A DNA stretch of 64,000 nucleotides, from positions 1 through 64,000 of the IMG/VR virus record IMGVR_UViG_3300032212_000003; one strand, 5' to 3'. Below are positions 57,927 to 64,000 of this stretch, one piece after another; the stretch's first letter is position 1, and every line of letters starts with the position of its first letter. The translations under genes were made by a program, and so were the position numbers. Origin of the DNA: a virus (taxonomy: Duplodnaviria > Caudoviricetes). The notes under the pieces were generated by a model. That model ran no database searches and was not told the origin of the DNA. It saw nothing but the letters and a program-made list of their open reading frames with translations.

Positions 57927-58190
57927 TTATTTCTCCAGTAGGTTTGGAAACTGGTCTAACAAATTTGGAAACTTGTTAATTAAGGTTTCAGTATGTACAG
58001 AACGGTAAGTCCAGCTGTCATGATCTGGATGCATACTTTTAGTCCTTAGTTGTATAAAGTGATGATTAAACTTTCCGGTCTTTGTTGCGCTACATCCGTA
58101 GTATATGTAATCGTCTTTGCTTCTATCGGTTACTATTGTGCCGATAGGGCATAGGTCTTCAGTACTTGTATAGTCGGCTACTTCAGTCAT
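57927..58190 (-). CDS. hypothetical protein
   Basis: 87 aa, coupled to the upstream gene. Confidence 0.55.
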   Translation of the reverse strand: MTEVADYTSTEDLCPIGTIVTDRSKDDYIYYGCSATKTGKFNHHFIQLRTKSMHPDHDSWTYRSVHTETLINKFPNLLDQFPNLLEK

Positions 58191-58894
58191 AATAATGCCT
58201 CCTGAGTTGACTTATTAAATTCTTCAATTTTCCACTTAGTTCCGTGTACAGTTGTTGCCACATCTCTTTTTGTCCCATCGCACATCTTACATAACTTGCA
58301 TGTTATATCTTCGTTCTTCTCTGCGGCGCAAACCATTTCCCCGGCTTCAAGTCCTGATCCAGATTGGCGGATTCTAAATGTTTTCCACCCTCTTGCTTTG
58401 GCAACTTTAGCATGCGCTACTGACTCAACTGAGGCCATGCAATAGTTCTTAAGTTCTTCATTGCAATAATTCCAAGCGTGAGTATATCCGGTATGGTTAC
58501 GGGCACCTTTAGATAGATCCTTCCAAACTTGAACCGGTACAGCTGCCGGGTCACCGTAACTTCCAAAGCGTACAGCTTTACCTTTGCAAAGTTCTGTTAA
58601 ATCGTCAGGCACCTTCATATCCTTTCGCTTATAGGCATGCCACACCGCCGTAGGTGCCTGATGTACCAAAACATAACAAGCGTTGCCACGCAGCTCGCAG
58701 TCTCCGCAAATGGATGTATCCTGGCCGCTCTTTAAAGCCTCGGTTGGGCTTATATCTTTTCGTAATATGTAGGTCTGAATGATGGGACCAGTTTTTCTGT
58801 TGGTGCTTGGTTTTTTAAATCCGGTAGCTAAAACAATAATAGGCTCCCCATCTAGTATAGAGGGGCCGTCGTAAACTAAACACATGCTAGTCAT
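58187..58894 (-). CDS. Cys-rich radical-SAM-like (phage Gp88-like) protein
   Basis: KTG..IQTYIL, CGDC-x6-CY, RFGSYGDP, GYTH, C-terminal CKLCKMC. Confidence 0.55.
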   Translation of the reverse strand: MTSMCLVYDGPSILDGEPIIVLATGFKKPSTNRKTGPIIQTYILRKDISPTEALKSGQDTSICGDCELRGNACYVLVHQAPTAVWHAYKRKDMKVPDDLTELCKGKAVRFGSYGDPAAVPVQVWKDLSKGARNHTGYTHAWNYCNEELKNYCMASVESVAHAKVAKARGWKTFRIRQSGSGLEAGEMVCAAEKNEDITCKLCKMCDGTKRDVATTVHGTKWKIEEFNKSTQEALL

Positions 58895-58914
58895 TGGTAA
58901 ATTCTCCTGAAATA

Positions 58915-58930
58915 TTCGGACAAGTCCGAA
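58915..58930. promoter_or_regulatory. start-associated palindrome TTCGGAC-AA-GTCCGAA
   Basis: Identical copy, 21 nt upstream of the start at 58894. Confidence 0.75.
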
Positions 58931-58932
58931 AG

Positions 58933-59193
58933 TTATTTTGCCTTTAATTTAAACTGGTGATGACGAGTGTTGTAAGTATATTCTATTTTTGATTTGTCAG
59001 AAAATACTCCGGTAAATTTTACACACTTACCTGCCTTATTGTAATTACTCTTCACTTCTTCTGGATTTTCTCCTAAGAGTTCTTTGAATCTTATAGTATT
59101 TCCTGAGGCCTCTGTACCATACCCATCTTTCATTGATAGGTGTACAAATTTTCTTTCCAGTATTGCTTTTCTTAATTGTTGGGCTTTAGTCAT
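58933..59193 (-). CDS. hypothetical protein
   Basis: 86 aa, GGAG RBS. Confidence 0.6.
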   Translation of the reverse strand: MTKAQQLRKAILERKFVHLSMKDGYGTEASGNTIRFKELLGENPEEVKSNYNKAGKCVKFTGVFSDKSKIEYTYNTRHHQFKLKAK

Positions 59194-59211
59194 GATATTT
59201 TCTCCAGTTGT

Positions 59212-59478
59212 TTAAATACAATTACGTTCACGAAGTTCTTCTTCTTCATACTCTCCGGTGTAATAGTTACACCACTTACATCCTTTCCTGTGCGGGTGGT
59301 GTATTCCATCACAGTTGCAGGTTGTTCTTTTTATATAATCTTTGCGTTCCTTATCTACACAATGAATTCCACTTCCACAGGCTTTGCATTTTGGCTCCTT
59401 TACATACTCCTCCTTTCTTTTACGTAAGGTTACTCTCATTCTGCAATTATCGCTATTGCACCTGTATCTGTTGGGCAT
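59212..59478 (-). CDS. small Cys/His-rich zinc-binding protein
   Basis: CNSDNC...CKAC...CNC..IHHPH...CKWC. Confidence 0.6.
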   Translation of the reverse strand: MPNRYRCNSDNCRMRVTLRKRKEEYVKEPKCKACGSGIHCVDKERKDYIKRTTCNCDGIHHPHRKGCKWCNYYTGEYEEEELRERNCI

Positions 59479-59488
59479 TCTGTATCCT

Positions 59489-59854
59489 TTACTTGCCTTG
59501 TTTTTTAAGGATGTGTTTTATTCTGTCACTTTTAAAATTTATTAGATCAAGTTTAGAAAAAGAATAGTACCATTCGTTATTATTGGCTACTTCATTATAC
59601 AATAACTTATGATCTATCTTAATAACCCGAAGGTATCGTTTATCCATAATTTGCCTATCTAAATTGTAGTTATGGCATTCTAGTCCTTGTTTTTTAGTTT
59701 TCGTTACTTCTATCAAACAAAGATCCACAGACACCCTGGTTTTCTTAGCAGACTCTGTAAAGCTTTCTATAGAATATACTTGATCTACACTGAGAGAATC
59801 TGAAAAAACTTCAGACGTAATAAAATAAATAACAATAAGTAATAAGTATTTCAT
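59489..59854 (-). CDS. putative secreted protein
   Basis: N-terminal signal-like MKYLLLIVIYFITSEVFS. Confidence 0.55.
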   Translation of the reverse strand: MKYLLLIVIYFITSEVFSDSLSVDQVYSIESFTESAKKTRVSVDLCLIEVTKTKKQGLECHNYNLDRQIMDKRYLRVIKIDHKLLYNEVANNNEWYYSFSKLDLINFKSDRIKHILKKQGK

Positions 59855-59895
59855 TTCATTTTCCTGTTGTTATAAATGTGTATTTCTACTTGTTT

Positions 59896-60345
59896 TCAGT
59901 CTATCAACTTACCTTCAAGATGGTCTATTTCATGCTGTATAACTCTGGCCATAAAATTACGGTACGTTTTTGTTACTACAGACTTTCCATCCTCGGCTGT
60001 GTACTTTATTTTTATCTTATACCACCGTTTAACCATAACATTATTATTTATAGTAGAGGGTACAGATAGACAGCCTTCTTTTCCTAATTTTTCCTTTCCT
60101 TTATGGTCTATTATTTCAGGATTTACCATAATAGTAAAATGCTCATTATCCTCCAGCTTAACAGCTATTATCCTTACCGGGTATCCTATCTGATTAGCTG
60201 CCAGTCCTACACATCTGTCCTTTATCCAATGAGTTGTCTCTTTCAAGTCCTTTATAACCACTCTGTGATCTAGGTCCATAGGAAGGGGAACTGGTTCACA
60301 TTTTTTGGACATTAGTTTTTTGTCTACTATTATTTGTCTAATCAT
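59896..60345 (-). CDS. def: peptide deformylase
   Basis: GLAANQIG, EGCLSVP and QHEIDHLEG motifs; C-terminus truncated as in phage PDFs. Confidence 0.95.
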   Translation of the reverse strand: MIRQIIVDKKLMSKKCEPVPLPMDLDHRVVIKDLKETTHWIKDRCVGLAANQIGYPVRIIAVKLEDNEHFTIMVNPEIIDHKGKEKLGKEGCLSVPSTINNNVMVKRWYKIKIKYTAEDGKSVVTKTYRNFMARVIQHEIDHLEGKLID

Positions 60346-60835
60346 AAGACTGCTCCACTATTAAACTTACATTCAGAAGTCCCATCAAAACTTCTAGCTG
60401 ATCAATGCTGTCCTGACAAGACCTTGCATCTCCATCCCACTCCTCATCTCTTAACATTTCAAAATCCTTTCTAAGGTTGTAAAGTCGGCTGGTTACTTCA
60501 TCGTTAATAATAGCTGAATTTTTACCCGAGACTTCTGAAATTAATTTAGAGTTAGCTTTCAAATATTGAGACTCATTGCTTTTATATTCTTCACCAAAAT
60601 AACAGTACAAAGAACTTAGGTTTGATAATTCTTCAGTCTTATATTCTAATTCAATACCTCCTGTTCTGTAGTTTTCTTGTATTTTTATTGAAGTGTGTTT
60701 GTCATCTTCTATCTTTCCCCAAATAACTATATCTGCATGGTCTTCCATTAAGTCATGCTTGTAATAGTAAGGAAGATCTACTTCAATAAATTCATCTAAA
60801 TATACTGTTTTTGTTATCTTAACTTCAGTTTTCAT
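60338..60835 (-). CDS. hypothetical protein
   Basis: 165 aa. Confidence 0.6.
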   Translation of the reverse strand: MKTEVKITKTVYLDEFIEVDLPYYYKHDLMEDHADIVIWGKIEDDKHTSIKIQENYRTGGIELEYKTEELSNLSSLYCYFGEEYKSNESQYLKANSKLISEVSGKNSAIINDEVTSRLYNLRKDFEMLRDEEWDGDARSCQDSIDQLEVLMGLLNVSLIVEQSYD

Positions 60836-60847
60836 TTATTGTCTCCT

Positions 60848-61246
60848 TTAGATTTCAGGTTTTATTTTCAAATCTGCAAATTCTATACGGTCTCCTGTAG
60901 ATATATAGTCAATGTTCATTTGTATTTGGCAAGTTTTATTTTTTAGTAAGTCTTGCAGTACTATGACTCCTTTCCTGTGAAACTCTAAACTATGTATAGT
61001 GCCATTCTTAATGCAGAATCCAAAACCTGCATAATAGTTCCTGTGAGATCTTACTAGATCTATCTCAGCAAGTAACTGGTCATCTGAGTTTAATAACTTT
61101 AACGACAACGGGTATATAGATTCAGTACCTTTCAAATGTTCAATTACAGAAGTTTTTTCTTCTACTTTTTCTTTTGCTTTTAATCTTCCTACTGCTAAAA
61201 ACAACGTACCAAAAATACTTAGTTTAATAAACGATCTTCTTTTCAT
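60848..61246 (-). CDS. hypothetical protein with twin-arginine signal peptide
   Basis: MKRRSFIKLSIFGTLFLAVGRLKA; AGGAGG RBS. Confidence 0.6.
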   Translation of the reverse strand: MKRRSFIKLSIFGTLFLAVGRLKAKEKVEEKTSVIEHLKGTESIYPLSLKLLNSDDQLLAEIDLVRSHRNYYAGFGFCIKNGTIHSLEFHRKGVIVLQDLLKNKTCQIQMNIDYISTGDRIEFADLKIKPEI

Positions 61247-61263
61247 CTTATCCTCCTAAAATT

Positions 61264-61280
61264 TTAGGACCGTGTCCGAA
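61264..61280. promoter_or_regulatory. start-associated palindrome, variant (TTAGGAC-CGT-GTCCGAA)
   Basis: 18 nt upstream of the start at 61246. Confidence 0.7.
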
Positions 61281-61282
61281 AG

Positions 61283-61603
61283 TTAATTCCAATATAAGGC
61301 TATTAAATCATCATTGTCCATAGCGTTAACGTAAGCTGCTTCTGGCCCTGAAAGGTTGGCTCCTCTTACCTGCTTGGCAGTTAGTTGCACTACAGGATCT
61401 CCGTAAGGGTCTTCAGTTGTATCCCCGTAGCAAGACTCTCCCTCAGAATCTCTACCATGGTGAGAATTTATGGTTTCTATTCTAGTGGGTTCACATCGTT
61501 TTAAATAATAGTGCTGATCTTGACTTACATTAGAACATCTAATTGTAGTCAAAGACACATTACTGTTTAAGTACATAGGCATTAGATTTAGTACTACTGA
61601 CAT
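61283..61603 (-). CDS. hypothetical protein
   Basis: 106 aa, AGGAG RBS. Confidence 0.6.
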   Translation of the reverse strand: MSVVLNLMPMYLNSNVSLTTIRCSNVSQDQHYYLKRCEPTRIETINSHHGRDSEGESCYGDTTEDPYGDPVVQLTAKQVRGANLSGPEAAYVNAMDNDDLIALYWN

Positions 61604-61612
61604 TACGTTCTC

Positions 61613-61840
61613 CTATAAATTATTTAAATCTACATTAAGCTCTTCCGCAATGTAATCCATTGCAGATTTAGCATCGTCATAATATTCCTGTTGAAGTTCT
61701 GCGTCCTTCTTATGCAAATCATCCAAATCTAGGTATCTATTTTCAGACTCATTAAGTACGTCATAAACTTTACTTAGCCAGCTTTCCTTATCCATTGCAT
61801 GGAGTTTTTTATTTTCCGACATAGTGGCCCACCTGCTCAA
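61613..61840 (-). CDS. hypothetical protein
   Basis: 75 aa, acidic; start uncertain. Confidence 0.5.
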   Translation of the reverse strand: MSRWATMSENKKLHAMDKESWLSKVYDVLNESENRYLDLDDLHKKDAELQQEYYDDAKSAMDYIAEELNVDLNNL

Positions 61841-62234
61841 AAGTGTCGGTTATATACACTAACTCATCAAGTATATACCTACCTGTGGATCTGTGAAAAG
61901 TTCCAAACGAAGTACTTATATAATTTTCCGTTTGTTCTAGTACCTTAGATTTAAAAGAGCTTCCATCGGGCTTGTTTACTATTACATGAGATCTTTCGTC
62001 CGTGGCACATAGTGTGTGATAGTTATAGCCGATTGATTTATCCACATCTCCCAGATATATTGCAGATATAAGTATCCTGGCCTGTTCTTGTTTTATTGGC
62101 TTTCCGCATTTATCGCACAATATTCCCTCGTACTTCTTTCCTTCACATATAAGTTTAAGGAGTATACCTACTAAAATACCGGCAGTCATTACACACAGTC
62201 CGGTGATGAACATTACATATTGTATGCTTGTCAT
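61809..62234 (-). CDS. membrane-anchored zinc-finger protein
   Basis: N-terminal TM segment followed by CDKC...YHTLC. Confidence 0.55.
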   Translation of the reverse strand: MTSIQYVMFITGLCVMTAGILVGILLKLICEGKKYEGILCDKCGKPIKQEQARILISAIYLGDVDKSIGYNYHTLCATDERSHVIVNKPDGSSFKSKVLEQTENYISTSFGTFHRSTGRYILDELVYITDTFEQVGHYVGK

Positions 62235-62542
62235 ATTATTATATCCCGTTCAAATATATATTCAATTGCTGAGTGCACGAATCCGTACACTATCTCTTCG
62301 TGGTGCTTGGATTTAAAATAGGTTACATGCCAGTCGTTTTCCATCTTAAAGTCTTTTGTGTATCCCAATTCTTTTTCTAGCATAGCTAGATCATGGTAAG
62401 ATACATGCCTTAAGAATATATTTCTGTCTACTGTATTTGAATTTTCAATTAGATCTGCAAGGCCGCCCTCTACTTCTACATCTCTTGGGTCCCAATTTAC
62501 ACAGTTATTAAAGTATTTAAATTTACTATTGTCGGCCATCAC
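62231..62542 (-). CDS. hypothetical protein
   Basis: 103 aa; WHVTYFKS...Y.FVHSAIEYIF motif seen in phage proteins. Confidence 0.6.
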   Translation of the reverse strand: MMADNSKFKYFNNCVNWDPRDVEVEGGLADLIENSNTVDRNIFLRHVSYHDLAMLEKELGYTKDFKMENDWHVTYFKSKHHEEIVYGFVHSAIEYIFERDIII

Positions 62543-62784
62543 TATTCCTCTATGTTTTTAGGTATATCTTCTTTAAGTCTATACAATTGCCAGTTGTTAA
62601 TTCCTACCAAAAGTCCTTTATAGTTATCTTTGGCTTCTTTCTTGATTATTTCTCTTACTTCTTCTGCTATTGCAATTGAAGTATCCATTTCGTTTAGTCT
62701 TACTTTATTACATACGCAAGTATTTTTAGGCGCTGCTTTTCTTGCCGCTATTCTTTTTTCTCTGTAACCTTTTGGAAATGGCAT
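62542..62784 (-). CDS. hypothetical protein
   Basis: 80 aa, AGGAG RBS. Confidence 0.6.
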   Translation of the reverse strand: MPFPKGYREKRIAARKAAPKNTCVCNKVRLNEMDTSIAIAEEVREIIKKEAKDNYKGLLVGINNWQLYRLKEDIPKNIEE

Positions 62785-62801
62785 TAAATTCTCCTTAAAT
62801 A

Positions 62802-62817
62802 TTCGGACAAGTCCGAA
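62802..62817. promoter_or_regulatory. start-associated palindrome TTCGGAC-AA-GTCCGAA
   Basis: Identical copy, 18 nt upstream of the start at 62784 and immediately 3' of the tRNA-like RNA. Confidence 0.75.
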
Positions 62818-62820
62818 AGA

Positions 62821-62951
62821 TAATTAGTACCGGGTGCTGGATTTGAACCAGCGACCTTCTCCTTAATAGGGAGACGCTCTTATGACAGTGCATTGTCATC
62901 TTCCACAATATGCACATTGCTTCGACCCCTGAGCTAACCCGGTACTAATTA
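62821..62951 (-). ncRNA. tRNA-like RNA (anticodon AUU) with 44-nt D-loop insertion and extended acceptor helix
   Basis: ACCGGGT/ACCCGGT acceptor, GCTC/GAGC D stem, TCTCC-CTATTAA-GGAGA anticodon arm, GCTGG-TTCAAAT-CCAGC T arm. Insert at 62881-62924. 3' end is ACTA, not CCA. Confidence 0.75.
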
Positions 62952-63161
62952 CCCTTATAAAATAGATGAGAAGGAAATAAGGCAGAGTGAAAATTTTCCC
63001 TTCTCATCTTTAGCTATGACGATGCGTCTGTGCATCAAACATTACAATTAGTCCATAGTTTATATTCTCCTGCTTATTACGTACTTTAATTTGTGTATGA
63101 AGGTGACGTAAATTAACCCGCTTCTATTCCCGCTATTTAGCGGGAGGGCCTTGCTAAAAAA

Positions 63162-63237
63162 TGGTGGACCCGGAGTGACTCGAACACTCACCTTCCGATT
63201 ATGAGTCGGATGCTCTAACCAACTGAGCTACAGGTCC
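63162..63237 (-). tRNA. tRNA-Ile2(CAU) (alternative: elongator Met)
   Basis: Complete 76-nt cloverleaf with encoded CCA; loop CTCATAA; C4-G69 and C5-G68 match TilS determinants. Confidence 0.85.
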
Positions 63238-63242
63238 TTATA

Positions 63243-63319
63243 TGGTGCCCTCGGCAGGAGTCGAACCTGCAACCACCGGAGTAGAAATCCGGTGCTCTAT
63301 CCAGTTGAGCTACGAAGGC
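63243..63319 (-). tRNA. tRNA-Arg(UCU)
   Basis: Complete 77-nt cloverleaf with CCA; loop TTTCTAC; A20 identity element. Confidence 0.95.
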
Positions 63320-63326
63320 TTATTTT

Positions 63327-63629
63327 CTACCAGTTAAACACTTCAAATAGTTTGTGAGGTTCTGAGTCTCTATCGAAGTTTATCCAAGCACACTGACACC
63401 TTGCCGCATGATAATATATTTCTACAAAACTTTCACTTAACCCAAAATCTCCAATCTCGCAGCATTTTTCCAGAATTTCTCCTAAAGAAGCACAGTAACC
63501 TACACTTACCATCCACCCATAGTCATGATTTATTATTCTTATAGGTATTTCAGAATTACTTTCAAGTAATTTGTAGTCGGTTTCTGTTACATGTCCAGTT
63601 GACATGTCTAGCATATATAATAAGGTCAT
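63327..63629 (-). CDS. hypothetical protein (DUF5983-like)
   Basis: LDMSTGHVT...YGWMV...GLSE...A....WINFDRD pattern. Confidence 0.6.
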   Translation of the reverse strand: MTLLYMLDMSTGHVTETDYKLLESNSEIPIRIINHDYGWMVSVGYCASLGEILEKCCEIGDFGLSESFVEIYYHAARCQCAWINFDRDSEPHKLFEVFNW

Positions 63630-63653
63630 TTTATTTCCTCCTTTCCACTGTCT

Positions 63654-63860
63654 TTAAGTTAAACAGAATTCATAAGTTTTAGGAACTATACTGCTATCTT
63701 GATAGCTGCATTTTTCTATATCTTTTGAACACTCAATTATTCTATTGGCAAACTTAATGGCATCACCTCTGTTCAAATATATAGTTTCTCCAGAGCCTAT
63801 ATAAAATTCTACTTTGTTTCTAAATCTACCAACCTGTACGTTAGCTTCATCTTTTTTCAT
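63654..63860 (-). CDS. hypothetical protein
   Basis: 68 aa, GGAG RBS. Confidence 0.6.
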   Translation of the reverse strand: MKKDEANVQVGRFRNKVEFYIGSGETIYLNRGDAIKFANRIIECSKDIEKCSYQDSSIVPKTYEFCLT

Positions 63861-64000
63861 GACGTTCTCCAGACTTAGTTATCAGTGATCAAAAATTACT
63901 TGTTTAGGGTCTCCTCCTACATGGCACTCTACAGGCCTAACCTCAGAAAATGCGATATTTCCAAAAGTTTGTTTTATTGCTTCGTTTTAGTTGTTAGTTA

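Noticed and set aside
62881-62924. The insert as a group I intron, archaeal BHB intron or tmRNA coding segment
   Set aside because: Too short for group I; no convincing bulge-helix-bulge; the anticodon arm is retained, unlike tmRNA.
441-63860. Many 60-150-aa antisense or overlapping ORFs in the track (e.g. 441-740, 826-1029, 13543-13950, 43762-43986, 44021-44476, 55677-55957, 59208-59567)
   Set aside because: They lie wholly inside well-supported genes on another frame or strand, lack RBSs and have no recognisable motifs.
63870-64000. Minus-strand coding-like stretch (NEAIKQTFGNIAFSEV...)
   Set aside because: An in-frame stop precedes it and no start is visible; it cannot be resolved at the window edge.
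1-64000. Prophage or temperate lifestyle
   Set aside because: No integrase, repressor, att site, partition genes or flanking host genes in the window; the rest of the genome is unseen.

Overview
This window looks like the left ~64 kb of a tailed dsDNA siphovirus genome (roughly 38-40% GC by eye). It probably begins at or very near the physical genome end. A Vibrio/Pasteurella-type ThyA suggests a gammaproteobacterial, possibly marine, host (inference). The + strand (482-30915) carries packaging, head, tail, accessory fibre and lysis genes: GpA-type terminase, portal, S49 protease with nested scaffold, decoration protein, major capsid, tail tube, frameshifted tail chaperone, tape measure, a 2136-aa tail tip/fibre, an M15 endolysin and a holin. 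The - strand (30916-63860) carries replication, recombination and nucleotide-metabolism genes: primase-helicase, SNF2 helicase, 1199-aa PolA, exonuclease, resolvase, ATP ligase, SbcD/SbcC, a TopoVI-A/Spo11-like protein, Dcd, ThyA, dNMP kinase and MazG. It also carries a C5 methyltransferase, peptide deformylase, a J-domain protein, many small hypothetical ORFs and a tRNA cluster. No integrase, repressor, CRISPR array or reverse transcriptase was seen. Most unusual observations: (1) a tRNA-like RNA with a 44-nt structured D-loop insert, anticodon AUU and an acceptor helix extended to 15 bp without CCA; (2) a Spo11/TopoVI-A-like gene in the same operon as an Mre11/Rad50-like pair and a ligase; (3) a repeated palindrome (TTCGGAC-N2/3-GTCCGAA) just upstream of several ribosome-binding sites; (4) a ~170-aa thumb insertion in PolA; (5) apparent over-representation of CCGG; (6) a methyltransferase with a higher-GC catalytic domain. 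All family assignments come from motif recognition by eye, not database searches.
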